The notes under the pieces were generated by a model, which saw nothing but the letters and a program-made list of their open reading frames with translations, had not been told where the DNA came from and did not search any database. This document shows positions 37,001 to 47,234 of a stretch of DNA of 64,000 bases, piece after piece. Position 1 is the stretch's first letter; each line of letters begins with the position of its first letter. Source of the stretch: a virus; IMG/VR virus record IMGVR_UViG_3300045988_039444; one strand, 5' to 3'. Position numbers and translations under genes: made by a program.

Positions 37001-40000
37001 CAAGCCAAAGTTGTGTCTTATTAATATCTTTATCAAGTTCAAATAACAAATGCTGAATTTCTAACCATTCATCTTCTGTTATTTCAACACTATTAACATC
37101 AAATCCTTCAAGGCTACCATTATGTGAAGCAAGATACTCTTTAATCTTACTAAACGCGGTAATATATTTAGGATTACGGCTCTTATCAATTACAGCCCAA
37201 GTTACCACATCTTTAACAGATTGAATAACATTAGACCGTATTCCAGCAACTTTTGTTGCAAGAGATTTAAGTCGAGCTATATTATTATTTAATTCACCAA
37301 ATTCTTTAGTAAATAATTCTTTACCTTCTTCACTTTCAGCGTCATAAACTGTATCTTGAATTTTTATTTCTTCAAGTGTAAGATATGGACTAAAATGAGA
37401 AGCAAGTTTTAACATCATTACAAGTCTATCTTTGTAATCAAGAGCCGCACCATAATTTGAACGAATCTCTTCATAATTCAAATCCTTAGTAATAGCCCAC
37501 AATTGCTTAATAGCATCATAAACAGAACTACTCAAATTAGCCAAACGACTATAAGTAGCTTTCATTGCAGCAATATCTCGTTCTTCAAGAGCACTTTGAA
37601 TACCACCTTCAAAACTTTCATCATCGAAGGATTTTAAGATATTCATAAATTCCTCACGATTTCCAACATTGTTATTATTCAAAAATTTCTGGATTCTATC
37701 CATAATTTTCAAAGTTTCAATAGCAATATTAGAATCGACAACAAGAGAATTTCGTAAACCATCTCTTGTAGGAACATCAGCATGAACAACACGAGAATAT
37801 AATTTTTCATTATCACCATAAATATTAATATTCCTACGAGGAACATCAATATATGTTTCTGCAACTATTCGACCAACACCATCATTTAAGACAGTACTAA
37901 CCGACGTCATAATGGGATTAATTCTGTAAAGATTACTAATAAATGTTTTTGTCCAATCATCTAAATAATTGAAATCTCTATTAGCATCAATCAGAACATC
38001 ACCATTAATATAAAGATTACCATTCTTTAACATAGGAGCTATACGAAGAGCTTCTTCGTAAGCAGACTTATTATAATCTACTTGAATTGCAGATTTATGA
38101 TAACCTTTATAGAAAGAATGAGTTGCTTGTGTAGTAATAAAAATAGATGTAGCAGAAGATTCTAATTCATTATAAATAACATCGCTTGCAGAAGAATGTG
38201 TATGTTCAATATTAATGAATGTAGGAGTAGTAACTTCAACTGAATTTAATACTTCAAAATCTGTATCAGATACAGAAGCAACATCAGTATCAATTACATC
38301 TTCTGTTTCAGCATCAACAGTGCTATCAATAGCATCTTCTGTTTCAATCATATTAGCATCATTGAAATCTGAATTTTCATCCATTTGGACTGATTCATTA
38401 TCATCAATAGCTAACATGAATTTATGAATAGTATCAGAATCTATAATAACCGATAATCTATCAGTTACAATAGTTTCACCATCTTTTTGAACTTGTGCCA
38501 TCATACCTTCTTGATAAGTAGGTATAATACTAATGTCACCAGTCATTAAAGACGCTTCATTACGAAGTAAAGGATTAACAGGTAAGAATACATAAATATC
38601 TTTTAATGGATTATTAGTATTCGTAGTAATTTTATATCGTTTATATACACGATTCTTACTACGAGTAATCCTTTCAGTTACATATTCTGCATTAGCATAT
38701 TCAGAATTAATTAATCGAGCTTCAGTTTCAATATAGAAATTCTGAGTATTACCATTTTCGTCAATATAAGAACCAATACCAACATTTTCGCCGTTAGCAT
38801 TTTGAACATAACCAATAGTAGCTTTATTCTTATTTGCTTCCCAACGATAACGTTTTTGTATATCACTTAATAATACTGGATTCATATCTGATTTCATACG
38901 AGATATTAAACTCATAACAGGTGTAATATCTACATTTCCATCAAATACAGCTTTTTCAGCATTTCTTAAATTCTCTGCGTAATTACCAAGATTAACAGAA
39001 GGGTCAGGATAATGAACTTCACGGCATAAAGCATCGTATTCTGCATTAAGTCGATTAGTACTTATAAGTTCAATCGGAATATATTTTGAAACATTATAAG
39101 CATAATTAAAACCTTCTGTAACATAAGTATAAACTAATAACTGACGTATCGTATGAGCAATGTAAGGAATTTTACTATCCCACATACGAAGAATACTATC
39201 AGTCATATTAGACCAAGAATTGACATCATTATCATCACGTTGGATTCTAATAACATCATAAGGTACAGAACGATTATTCTTACGAACTGTTAAATACTTA
39301 AATATGTTATCGCCTCTAAATTCAGGTGATTTCTCAATATAATCTCTTAATGTACTATCTTTTTGAATAAATTGAATTTGTTGAGCAAGTGAAAGTTTAG
39401 TGTATTGAGTAAAACTTTCAGGTGTATAACCATCTTTAACAGTATTCAAAAGAGTCTTAAAGATAAGTTTTTGTTCTTTAAGTTGTTCCTCTGTATGAAT
39501 ACCTAACGTAGTAAGAACTTCGGGAGTATTATCAGGTGTTAAAATAGGAAGAACTTTAACAAGTCCATTATCTAATCCACCGTTAATACTTACGAGATAG
39601 TTCATAATACTATCAGTAACATATTTATAAGTAGATTCATCAATCGAATTTTTACGTTGAAGTATCTGACCTAAAATCGTATTAGTAATGTGATGATTTC
39701 GAGTAATGAAAACATCGCCGAAACCATTAGCCATTAACCAATGTGCATACTGATAACGAGCTTGAATTACTCCGTAAGCACTTTGATTTTCAGTATCATT
39801 AAATTTGTTGCCATCAAGATAACCTTCAAATGAACCAACAAATATACTTTCAATAATGTCTTTACCATTATCAAGAATTACCTTATTAGGAGTTTCATAT
39901 CCAACAGCTAAATCCTCAATGAGTTCACGACGTGTCATAATATCATTTCGTTTCGGAAGTTCCGCACGAAATCTTTTCATATCAGAATAAGTAATCGCAG

Positions 40001-43000
40001 CAAGAGGATTACCTTTAACATCTTTTGGTTTATAATGCCGTCTAAAAGCATCAGAACTTTCACGAGTAAAAGCAGCTTTAATCGCATCTATTGCTTTAGG
40101 ATTACCAGCATTTTCTTCGATATATTCATCAATAAATCGAAGTGTTTGATTATACTTATCATTTACAAGTTCTTTTAAAGCTTTTACTGGATAATAATAT
40201 TCAGCAAGTTTACGTTCTTTTTGGTCAGCCTTAAAGAAACTATCAACCCTACTTTCACTTTTAAGCATAAAGTTAAGGTCAATCAAATTAGTAGCAATTT
40301 CATTATATTCAACAAAATTACCAAGAACGCTAATCTGACGTAATAACCAATCTGCTGTACGATTATCACGATTTTTAATATTATCTAATAACTCTTCAGT
40401 AGTTTGATAACCATATTTACCACTGATTTCATTAATAGTTATATTCGGTAATTTATCTTTCAGTTCGTTAAGCTGTCCAACAGTAAGAGTTTTAGTTTTA
40501 CTTTTACCACTTGCGACAGTCATTATGGCATCATGAGATTCAACAGGAGTAATTTCTTTTTTAACAATTAAATCAGCATAAATCTTAGCAAGTTCTACAC
40601 TATAATCAGAACGAATTGCTTCGACAGCATCAAGAATTGTAAAATTGCCACGACTTAATGATTGAACTTCCATTCGATTAACTGCTTCAACAATAGCAGG
40701 TTGATGAATAAAAGCATCCTCATTAGTAAACCTATTAGCTTTACCATTATAAAGTTCAATAGTAACACCAGATGATATAGCACGAGCTACACTTAAAGTA
40801 TGAACATTAAGATTAAATCCAAGTCCAGCTTTAAGAACATCAAGAATACCAGAAGTAAACTGATTCATTTGAAGTTCAACTCGCTCACCACTAATATCCA
40901 AATGTTCATTAAGTGCATCATTATTAATCCAAACATCATTAACCCAAAGAGCATTTTCTTTTGGCAATAATTGGATATTTTCAGCACCATATCGTTTAGC
41001 TAAAAACTCTTTATATTTACTTGTTAATCGAGGTACACCTTTATCACTTACAGTGTACATTTCACTTCTATCAGTAAAACCTTTAGGTATCGGTAAAGAA
41101 TTAAGACTAATTTTACGACGAATACCTTTAAGTAATCTACCATGTAAAGTAGAAATTGTTGCGATTAAAGTATCGAAATTAACAGAGTGACCTTTAAGAA
41201 CTGTTGAACCCATACTCATGTTATTAAGAGTAATCTTATCCATGAGATTATTAGGATTCAAAGTTTTAAGAGTATAATTCCAAAAAGCATTATCACGGTC
41301 AGATACGGCTTGAATTTCAGCCATACCATTGGGTTTATTTACTTCTTCAGCATGATTTGGATTAGAAAGAACAGCTGTAATAATATCAATCAAATGATTA
41401 TCACGAGCTTCTCTACTATTCAATTCATAAATACTCTCGTTTTGAACAAAGTCTTTTGTAAAAGCATTAAATGCCTTATCAATATTACTTTGAATAGCAC
41501 TTAAATGAGGAATAATAGTTTTATCAGTATCTTCAACAAGATATTGGAATTTTGATTTAATAGTATCAAAATTACTAATTGTATCAGGAGAAATATTAAT
41601 AGTAGCTAACTGACTATTAACATTCTTAACAAACTTAATTAAATCATTGATTGCTTTATGAGCACGAATTAATAAATCCGAAGTATAAGCACGTTGAGTT
41701 TGAGTGTAATTACCAAAATCTTCAGTAACACCATCTCGCTTATTAGCAAGATACTCTCGAACTAAACTATTTACATCACCGTAATTCTTTGCAAATCCAT
41801 ACTGTAAATTATGCAGAATAGATTTAAGAATCTTAGTATATTCCGGATTACTTTTAACATCTTGCAAATCCTCTTTAATTAATTCAATTATATTATTAAG
41901 AGGAGATTGATTTGTATTAGTAGGTACTAAATTAGGATTATAATATCGGCTAATCCACTTAATAATAGCATTAAAATTATGACTTGTTAAATTAGTAAAT
42001 TTTTGCGGAGTAGTGGCTAATTCGATATACTTTTGCTTAAATACCGACCGTGTGAATTTACCCCCTACTTGGGCCTGCGAGGCATCAAATTTCGACTTAA
42101 ATTCGACAGGTATATATTTGTCTTGCTCAAAAATTACATTGCGATAGTAGGCGTAAATCGAGTCAATATCGAAGTCCCAGCCAGTACGAGTAATAAGACT
42201 TTGTGGGAATATAGCTTGTGTAGCATTATTATTAAGAAAACCAACAACTTCAAATACAACCATTGATTGTTTACCCTCGGTAGGAATACGAATACCTATC
42301 ATCCGACGAGCTTTGACATCAAGTTTGTCAATATCAACAGTTATAATATCCTTAGTTGTACCATCTTCATTAGTAATAGTTTTAACAGTACCAATATTTT
42401 TATAGAAATCCATTTTCCACGGATTAACTATAACTTCTGCATAATGATAATTTCCATCCTCACGATATTCAGCTTGTAATTCAAGACTTCTACCAGTTCG
42501 TTTACATTCTTTAATAAAACTTGAAGCGTATGTAATAGAACCATTAGCAACAAGTTCATCAATCGTTTTATTATAAAGTTCTTTATCAGAATAGAACTCT
42601 TTATGTTTGATTAACTCATTACTTGCAGTAAATATGTCAGCTCGAATAGGAGCATGGAATCCGGGAAGATATTTATTAATAACTTGTTTACTTAACATAG
42701 AAGCAAGTATCTTCTCTAACTTACCTTTAATAACAGGATAAGATAAAGGCATAATAGGAAGACCATCTTCTTTAATTTCAAGAGCTTTTCGAATAGTTAT
42801 AGCATCAACATCATCCGATATAATTTCTTGAAAACGATTAACAAGTTTATTTATATCAATTTGAATAGCACCGCGAGCATCAGTTCGAATTTCACCATTC
42901 TCATCGATACCACCAATATCGTAAAGTAATTGCATAGCATCTTCACGAATATTAGTAGCTAATGTCTTTTGAAATTCATCAAACAGTTCTTTACCAGTAA

Positions 43001-46000
43001 CATTTTTGCCATCTAATTCATAAATAGCATTATTCCAATCAAGACCTTCCATAATCTGCTTAACTAACTGACCACCTAAAATAGTAGTTTCATCAAGCAA
43101 ATCAGCTTTAATATCTTGTTGAATAACAAAATCACTATCTCGCATATAAAGAATAGACCTATCATCTACTCGATTTAGTGCTTCAATATCAAGACCACCT
43201 TGGTCATTATGAATTTTAACTGGTGTAATACCAGATACTTTAACAGCAGAAATAGGACTAACTTGGTCAATATTATTTTGAATCATCCAATCATATAATT
43301 GACCAATAGCACTACCTCGTGTCATACTTTCAAAAAGAACAACAGTTGAGTCTTTTATTTGAACACTATCTACTTCATCAGCAAATATATCAACTTCATT
43401 ACCAGTTACAGCCGGAGCATGATAAAAATCACCACGGCGACGACGAGTTGTACCAAACAATTTAACTTGTTCTACAACCTTAGCGTAAGATGTAGGATTA
43501 AATGTTTTAGTCGGGTCTTGTAAATCAGTAATATATTGATACAAAGGTTCACTTGGATTCCAACGACCAGTGGCTTTCAAAAGTTTAATAAGACCTGCAT
43601 CAGTCATAATAGACTGAGAATCATTAATAGTAGCAGTAGCACGATAAGCATCCAAAATAGCTTCATTTTGAATACCCATTTTATCAAGAATATTGCTATT
43701 GAAATTCATATCTTCCATAACAACAACCTTACGAGGAGTATCATTATGAATTAAATCAATAGAATTAAGACCATTCTTAATAACTTGTGCTACACGTTTA
43801 TTGAGGTCTACTGTATCTTTATATTCTTCAATATCACCATTAAATATAGCGTTCATACTATGATTATAGATAGTATGATTAAGTAATACTTTAAGTAAAC
43901 TTAATCGAACACCATCATTATCCATAATATCATAAGTAGCAAGAACGTGCTGACGAGCGCTATTTAACAAACTTTCTTTCTTTAATGTAGGGATAGTATC
44001 AAGAGTATATTCTTTACCATCAGCTTTGCGACGTTTAATCCAATCATTAGCTTTCTGATTATATACTTCTTGAACTAAATCTGCTAAATAACTATCGAAA
44101 GTAGTAACGACACTTGTATCAGTTTTGATATTAGTATCGTAAATACTTTTAGCAATATTTTCAAAACTATCAACACCAGTTGTAGCATTCCAACGAATGT
44201 AAGCAGCTACAAAATCTCGAATATTACCAGTATTAGCAACAAGATTTTCATCGTAAGGTTCATTACGAACTTGTGCAATCATATTACGATAAACTTCTGT
44301 AACATCTACATTATTTATCTTTGCAATATGAGCAGGTAATGTGATATTCTTACCATTCTCAATATAAGTAATATTCAAGAACTGAAACGCCTTACCAGTC
44401 GGAATACCTTTTGCATCATAAATAGCTCTACCATTCCAATACTTTCGATTATGACGAGTTTTCATTTGAGCAAAATTCTCGTCGCTATTATCTCTTAATT
44501 GGAATATAATTTGTCCAAAAGTATTAAACTTAAAGACATCACTATTTACAATCTTTTCGATAGAATGAAAAACATTGGATTCTTCATTTATCGGATTATC
44601 TGTTATACGAACAAACTTATTTCGTGCAACAATATTATCTAAATATTCAGTTACATAAGAATATATACGAGGAGCATGAGTAGCTAACCTACTACTAATA
44701 CCATTCATCGGAAGATAAATATTTAATCCACGAGAAATAGCATCATTAATAAATGGAACTACTCGACTTTCAAAATCTTTTACATAGGCATCATAATCTG
44801 CATCAGTAAAATAATCTGTTGTCGTAGGTTTATTCGGAGTAATATTCTCACCCTTAAAACCATCAATTTCGATAGTATTTTTAAGACCTCGAATAGATTC
44901 TTGTCCAGATGTTGCTGGAGCACCTATCGCACGACTTTTAGTATTACCTGAGAAAATAAATACCGATTTAGGATGTGCTGCAACAGCGGCAGGTGTATAA
45001 TTAGAACCAAAAGTCTTAACGTGAATTGAAGTACGAGGCTTAGAAGAATCTTTAATAAATAAATCATCAACTTCAAGTCGTTTTGTAGTCATCATATAAC
45101 TACGAGGACTATCAGATGTTAAAAATACATATTGACCAAACATATTAAGAATAACTTCGGTATATGTATAAAGAGCACCTTGTACTTCACGATATTTCAA
45201 ACCTTTATTTCCAATCTTAACACCATTAAATGCAGATAATGCAAACTGATAACGACGTTCAACATCAGAAATAAATACAGGATTTACTTCGTATTCACCA
45301 ATACTATTTTTAGTGAATATACCAAGACCAGTCTTTTCATCATAAATAAGAATATTATCTTCTGCACCCGGAGCAGTTAAAGTTGGGTCATTGAGATAAT
45401 CCTTAAATATATGTTTAATATATTCAGTATTTACACCAGTACGAGTAACAAATCCACGAAGGAACTTTGTAAGCATACTATCATACTGAGGTGAATAATT
45501 AAGTTTACCTTGAACATCAAGATAACTCATATTCGTAAAACTGTTAAAATCATAAGTAGCAATTTGTGCTAATGAATATAAATATCCATTAATATTATGT
45601 GCAGGAATTTCTTTGCCACGATATGTATTAACACGATGTTTAGTATCGTTAACTACATTTTCAAGAAGAGAATTAACTCTTGAATATACTTCATTAGCAT
45701 TATCGTTCGCATTATAATATTGAGTAAGAGCATCACGAGTAATTGCTAATCCTAAATAATTAATTACAGACATCTGTTTATCTAACAGAGCTGCTTTATC
45801 AATCTTACTACGTCTTGAAATAGGTTCAAAAATACGTTTAGATTTAGGATTAGTATAAAGTACATCATTCAGATTATTATATAATCCAAATTCAATATTT
45901 GTACTTAAAATACTTTCAAATCTATCAATATATGTTTTAACACCAAATGATTCTCGATTATTCTGATAAATCGTAGCATTATTACCACCTTCTAATGCCA

Positions 46001-47231
46001 TAATATTTACAGGAATAACAGCAAGTTTAATTCCAGAAATATAAGCATTTACAAAAGAATTATCATAATCAGAAGCAGCAGAACCATCATCTTCAAATAC
46101 TCGTTGGAATATTTCAAGAATAGGAGTAAACTCATCATTTATAGCTGCAAGTTGTTGCAATCTATTATATACATCTTGAGGTTGAATATCGTAAAGATGT
46201 GCCTCAATAAGTTTATTCCATAAAACATTAATATCAATAGGAGCAGGAATATACGCTTTGTTAGCAGTTCTATTTTTGAAATTACTCGAACCTACAAGAA
46301 GAGCTATTTGAGCTTTAACATGAGATGCTAACGTATTCTTTCTGTCAATACGTTCTTTTTGCAAATCATCCCACATTACCTCAATATCTTCAATAACATC
46401 ACGTTGTCCTTCTTCTGTACTTTCATCATCAACAATCCGATTATTCTGATAAGCACGCTTACGATTAATACCATAGTTCTTATCAATATAATCAAGAAAA
46501 TAATTAAAGATTTGACTATTACCTTTATTCAAATCAGTAAGTACATTTGCTACAAAAATATCGTTGAATCTTGTAGGAATAAAATTAGGTCGAGCTTTAT
46601 ACTCTTCAAGTTCTTTATTAAACTCAGCAAGAATTAAAGCCTTAAATCCACTACGAGAAACATCTCGATAATTAGCTCCAAAACGAGCTTGTCTTTGTTC
46701 CGCAGTAAGACCTTTTAACTTAAAGTAAGCAGCAGTTAAAACACGAGCCATATAAGCATAATCCATCTCATCAAATGTAGCAGTATTTACAATAGACGGA
46801 TTAAAAGCGTGTTTAATATCAAGACCTAATGCGTTACCAAGAGATTCAAAATCTTTACGAATATCTTCACTATAAGTTTCATCTGTCGAAAGAGCAGCTA
46901 ATACAGATTCTAATTTAAGTTCTCCACTTGTATAAACGGGATAACCCGTAGCTCCATAAGGAGTACGGGCATCCGCTTCTGCATATAAAAACGCTGTAAG
47001 AATACGACGCTTAAAAGCATTTTCTAATGACACATCAGCATTATCTTCAGCATAACCTCGAATATTATTATAATCTTTAATAGTAGGTAAAACACCTTTT
47101 CCCATTAAAGATGTAATAATATCTTCAATAGGCTTAGTCTTAAAAGACTTCATTTGATGATAAAGACCAGATTTCTCAAGTCTTCCATCAGCAGTTAAAC
47201 GATAAGGTTCAGGACTACATTGTGCATTCAT
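34053..47231 (-). CDS. giant virion-type protein (4392 aa) with DFDID motif; candidate virion RNA polymerase/ejected protein of crAss-like phages
   Basis: Uninterrupted 13.2-kb ORF. GWDFDIDSIYAYY is encoded at ~42163-42180 inside a locally GC-richer patch. Also carries a long acidic D/E/S/T low-complexity linker and numerous helical segments. Confidence 0.85.
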   Translation of the reverse strand: MNAQCSPEPYRLTADGRLEKSGLYHQMKSFKTKPIEDIITSLMGKGVLPTIKDYNNIRGYAEDNADVSLENAFKRRILTAFLYAEADARTPYGATGYPVYTSGELKLESVLAALSTDETYSEDIRKDFESLGNALGLDIKHAFNPSIVNTATFDEMDYAYMARVLTAAYFKLKGLTAEQRQARFGANYRDVSRSGFKALILAEFNKELEEYKARPNFIPTRFNDIFVANVLTDLNKGNSQIFNYFLDYIDKNYGINRKRAYQNNRIVDDESTEEGQRDVIEDIEVMWDDLQKERIDRKNTLASHVKAQIALLVGSSNFKNRTANKAYIPAPIDINVLWNKLIEAHLYDIQPQDVYNRLQQLAAINDEFTPILEIFQRVFEDDGSAASDYDNSFVNAYISGIKLAVIPVNIMALEGGNNATIYQNNRESFGVKTYIDRFESILSTNIEFGLYNNLNDVLYTNPKSKRIFEPISRRSKIDKAALLDKQMSVINYLGLAITRDALTQYYNANDNANEVYSRVNSLLENVVNDTKHRVNTYRGKEIPAHNINGYLYSLAQIATYDFNSFTNMSYLDVQGKLNYSPQYDSMLTKFLRGFVTRTGVNTEYIKHIFKDYLNDPTLTAPGAEDNILIYDEKTGLGIFTKNSIGEYEVNPVFISDVERRYQFALSAFNGVKIGNKGLKYREVQGALYTYTEVILNMFGQYVFLTSDSPRSYMMTTKRLEVDDLFIKDSSKPRTSIHVKTFGSNYTPAAVAAHPKSVFIFSGNTKSRAIGAPATSGQESIRGLKNTIEIDGFKGENITPNKPTTTDYFTDADYDAYVKDFESRVVPFINDAISRGLNIYLPMNGISSRLATHAPRIYSYVTEYLDNIVARNKFVRITDNPINEESNVFHSIEKIVNSDVFKFNTFGQIIFQLRDNSDENFAQMKTRHNRKYWNGRAIYDAKGIPTGKAFQFLNITYIENGKNITLPAHIAKINNVDVTEVYRNMIAQVRNEPYDENLVANTGNIRDFVAAYIRWNATTGVDSFENIAKSIYDTNIKTDTSVVTTFDSYLADLVQEVYNQKANDWIKRRKADGKEYTLDTIPTLKKESLLNSARQHVLATYDIMDNDGVRLSLLKVLLNHTIYNHSMNAIFNGDIEEYKDTVDLNKRVAQVIKNGLNSIDLIHNDTPRKVVVMEDMNFNSNILDKMGIQNEAILDAYRATATINDSQSIMTDAGLIKLLKATGRWNPSEPLYQYITDLQDPTKTFNPTSYAKVVEQVKLFGTTRRRRGDFYHAPAVTGNEVDIFADEVDSVQIKDSTVVLFESMTRGSAIGQLYDWMIQNNIDQVSPISAVKVSGITPVKIHNDQGGLDIEALNRVDDRSILYMRDSDFVIQQDIKADLLDETTILGGQLVKQIMEGLDWNNAIYELDGKNVTGKELFDEFQKTLATNIREDAMQLLYDIGGIDENGEIRTDARGAIQIDINKLVNRFQEIISDDVDAITIRKALEIKEDGLPIMPLSYPVIKGKLEKILASMLSKQVINKYLPGFHAPIRADIFTASNELIKHKEFYSDKELYNKTIDELVANGSITYASSFIKECKRTGRSLELQAEYREDGNYHYAEVIVNPWKMDFYKNIGTVKTITNEDGTTKDIITVDIDKLDVKARRMIGIRIPTEGKQSMVVFEVVGFLNNNATQAIFPQSLITRTGWDFDIDSIYAYYRNVIFEQDKYIPVEFKSKFDASQAQVGGKFTRSVFKQKYIELATTPQKFTNLTSHNFNAIIKWISRYYNPNLVPTNTNQSPLNNIIELIKEDLQDVKSNPEYTKILKSILHNLQYGFAKNYGDVNSLVREYLANKRDGVTEDFGNYTQTQRAYTSDLLIRAHKAINDLIKFVKNVNSQLATINISPDTISNFDTIKSKFQYLVEDTDKTIIPHLSAIQSNIDKAFNAFTKDFVQNESIYELNSREARDNHLIDIITAVLSNPNHAEEVNKPNGMAEIQAVSDRDNAFWNYTLKTLNPNNLMDKITLNNMSMGSTVLKGHSVNFDTLIATISTLHGRLLKGIRRKISLNSLPIPKGFTDRSEMYTVSDKGVPRLTSKYKEFLAKRYGAENIQLLPKENALWVNDVWINNDALNEHLDISGERVELQMNQFTSGILDVLKAGLGFNLNVHTLSVARAISSGVTIELYNGKANRFTNEDAFIHQPAIVEAVNRMEVQSLSRGNFTILDAVEAIRSDYSVELAKIYADLIVKKEITPVESHDAIMTVASGKSKTKTLTVGQLNELKDKLPNITINEISGKYGYQTTEELLDNIKNRDNRTADWLLRQISVLGNFVEYNEIATNLIDLNFMLKSESRVDSFFKADQKERKLAEYYYPVKALKELVNDKYNQTLRFIDEYIEENAGNPKAIDAIKAAFTRESSDAFRRHYKPKDVKGNPLAAITYSDMKRFRAELPKRNDIMTRRELIEDLAVGYETPNKVILDNGKDIIESIFVGSFEGYLDGNKFNDTENQSAYGVIQARYQYAHWLMANGFGDVFITRNHHITNTILGQILQRKNSIDESTYKYVTDSIMNYLVSINGGLDNGLVKVLPILTPDNTPEVLTTLGIHTEEQLKEQKLIFKTLLNTVKDGYTPESFTQYTKLSLAQQIQFIQKDSTLRDYIEKSPEFRGDNIFKYLTVRKNNRSVPYDVIRIQRDDNDVNSWSNMTDSILRMWDSKIPYIAHTIRQLLVYTYVTEGFNYAYNVSKYIPIELISTNRLNAEYDALCREVHYPDPSVNLGNYAENLRNAEKAVFDGNVDITPVMSLISRMKSDMNPVLLSDIQKRYRWEANKNKATIGYVQNANGENVGIGSYIDENGNTQNFYIETEARLINSEYANAEYVTERITRSKNRVYKRYKITTNTNNPLKDIYVFLPVNPLLRNEASLMTGDISIIPTYQEGMMAQVQKDGETIVTDRLSVIIDSDTIHKFMLAIDDNESVQMDENSDFNDANMIETEDAIDSTVDAETEDVIDTDVASVSDTDFEVLNSVEVTTPTFINIEHTHSSASDVIYNELESSATSIFITTQATHSFYKGYHKSAIQVDYNKSAYEEALRIAPMLKNGNLYINGDVLIDANRDFNYLDDWTKTFISNLYRINPIMTSVSTVLNDGVGRIVAETYIDVPRRNINIYGDNEKLYSRVVHADVPTRDGLRNSLVVDSNIAIETLKIMDRIQKFLNNNNVGNREEFMNILKSFDDESFEGGIQSALEERDIAAMKATYSRLANLSSSVYDAIKQLWAITKDLNYEEIRSNYGAALDYKDRLVMMLKLASHFSPYLTLEEIKIQDTVYDAESEEGKELFTKEFGELNNNIARLKSLATKVAGIRSNVIQSVKDVVTWAVIDKSRNPKYITAFSKIKEYLASHNGSLEGFDVNSVEITEDEWLEIQHLLFELDKDINKTQLWLDSAFTTGITLIDITGKAWDEANYKAKKAAQRINDELESALEEFQPGLSKNARAREKLMHKFINEYGDLIGSYKTEGLGDSTGTLRKDIRDAIYQNLYTDSGFVTRATAEKTLEIVDDIIKKYNENHTWNIVPLNDNEAAKHLAELTELSNREKLVYLQTHDLIELSLITDISGKRENVLYKLDFGNTPVSDEYAALSDKEQKLLNTIRNLIQRTIREYDGNWINYYGRWDEVMPFIPQATLGQSAKQFVSIPMIHKDRYYTDIDGTKRFVTKAQTLQVPKHIPVFNIRKKYKSESYTEYEARIVELFSEWFDKNNKLPVTVKPSTLREIRHYNDAVMLENKKYKANVMSYDIVDVMKGFTQELYNLRAINNFETDYQLTKYLMNERGVSGVAPRDIIKNANEQLNNMERRIFNFSKYNSALDVSAGALLRYTSMTFMYLNYTAGITNILKGVTDMIVESTANNFVESKDIMKSGLRDVIKTIPHFLRDINSTRTDDILVAIIKDFDDIYQDTRDVTSSDTGTSYWIKAMRMVDTVGYAPNNMGEFIMQFGMLLAATQSHRVVGGKIMAFNDFYNDNLEKLLQDVLTNEQYDKYLIFKEDLDAEIAREEKRTSKEYLWNHDYASQYLKSHYNLLSDEQRKKIVDSRKTDKKVQREAFDKYNTLRSELKLVNGRLSFNPESGLTEETLSEFRGRVKAINQSLHGIYNRVDRNSLQDAAFGDLLMQFKKWVRPNFVRYFGRRFGRIFYNEQLGSYEVPIFNPMFDMFRSGSQAFKDSLNDNNTVIDYMKGIGNFFKGVSSWLLNVGFYYNTLPLNEQIATMKFARLMGALAFSALAAMTLGAFKKDDDDEDNILYQHAMYAATTYYQQMIEPMPVFGWMATIEQTANSLFAGQKTLQSAYKLVNLTIQGLWVDDDELIYDRGIYKGQDKRAVALRQAVPVLRQINKFNNLGATMSYYNMYNPFGITFSGVREMISPKDSDNYEDE

Positions 47232-47234
47232 AAA

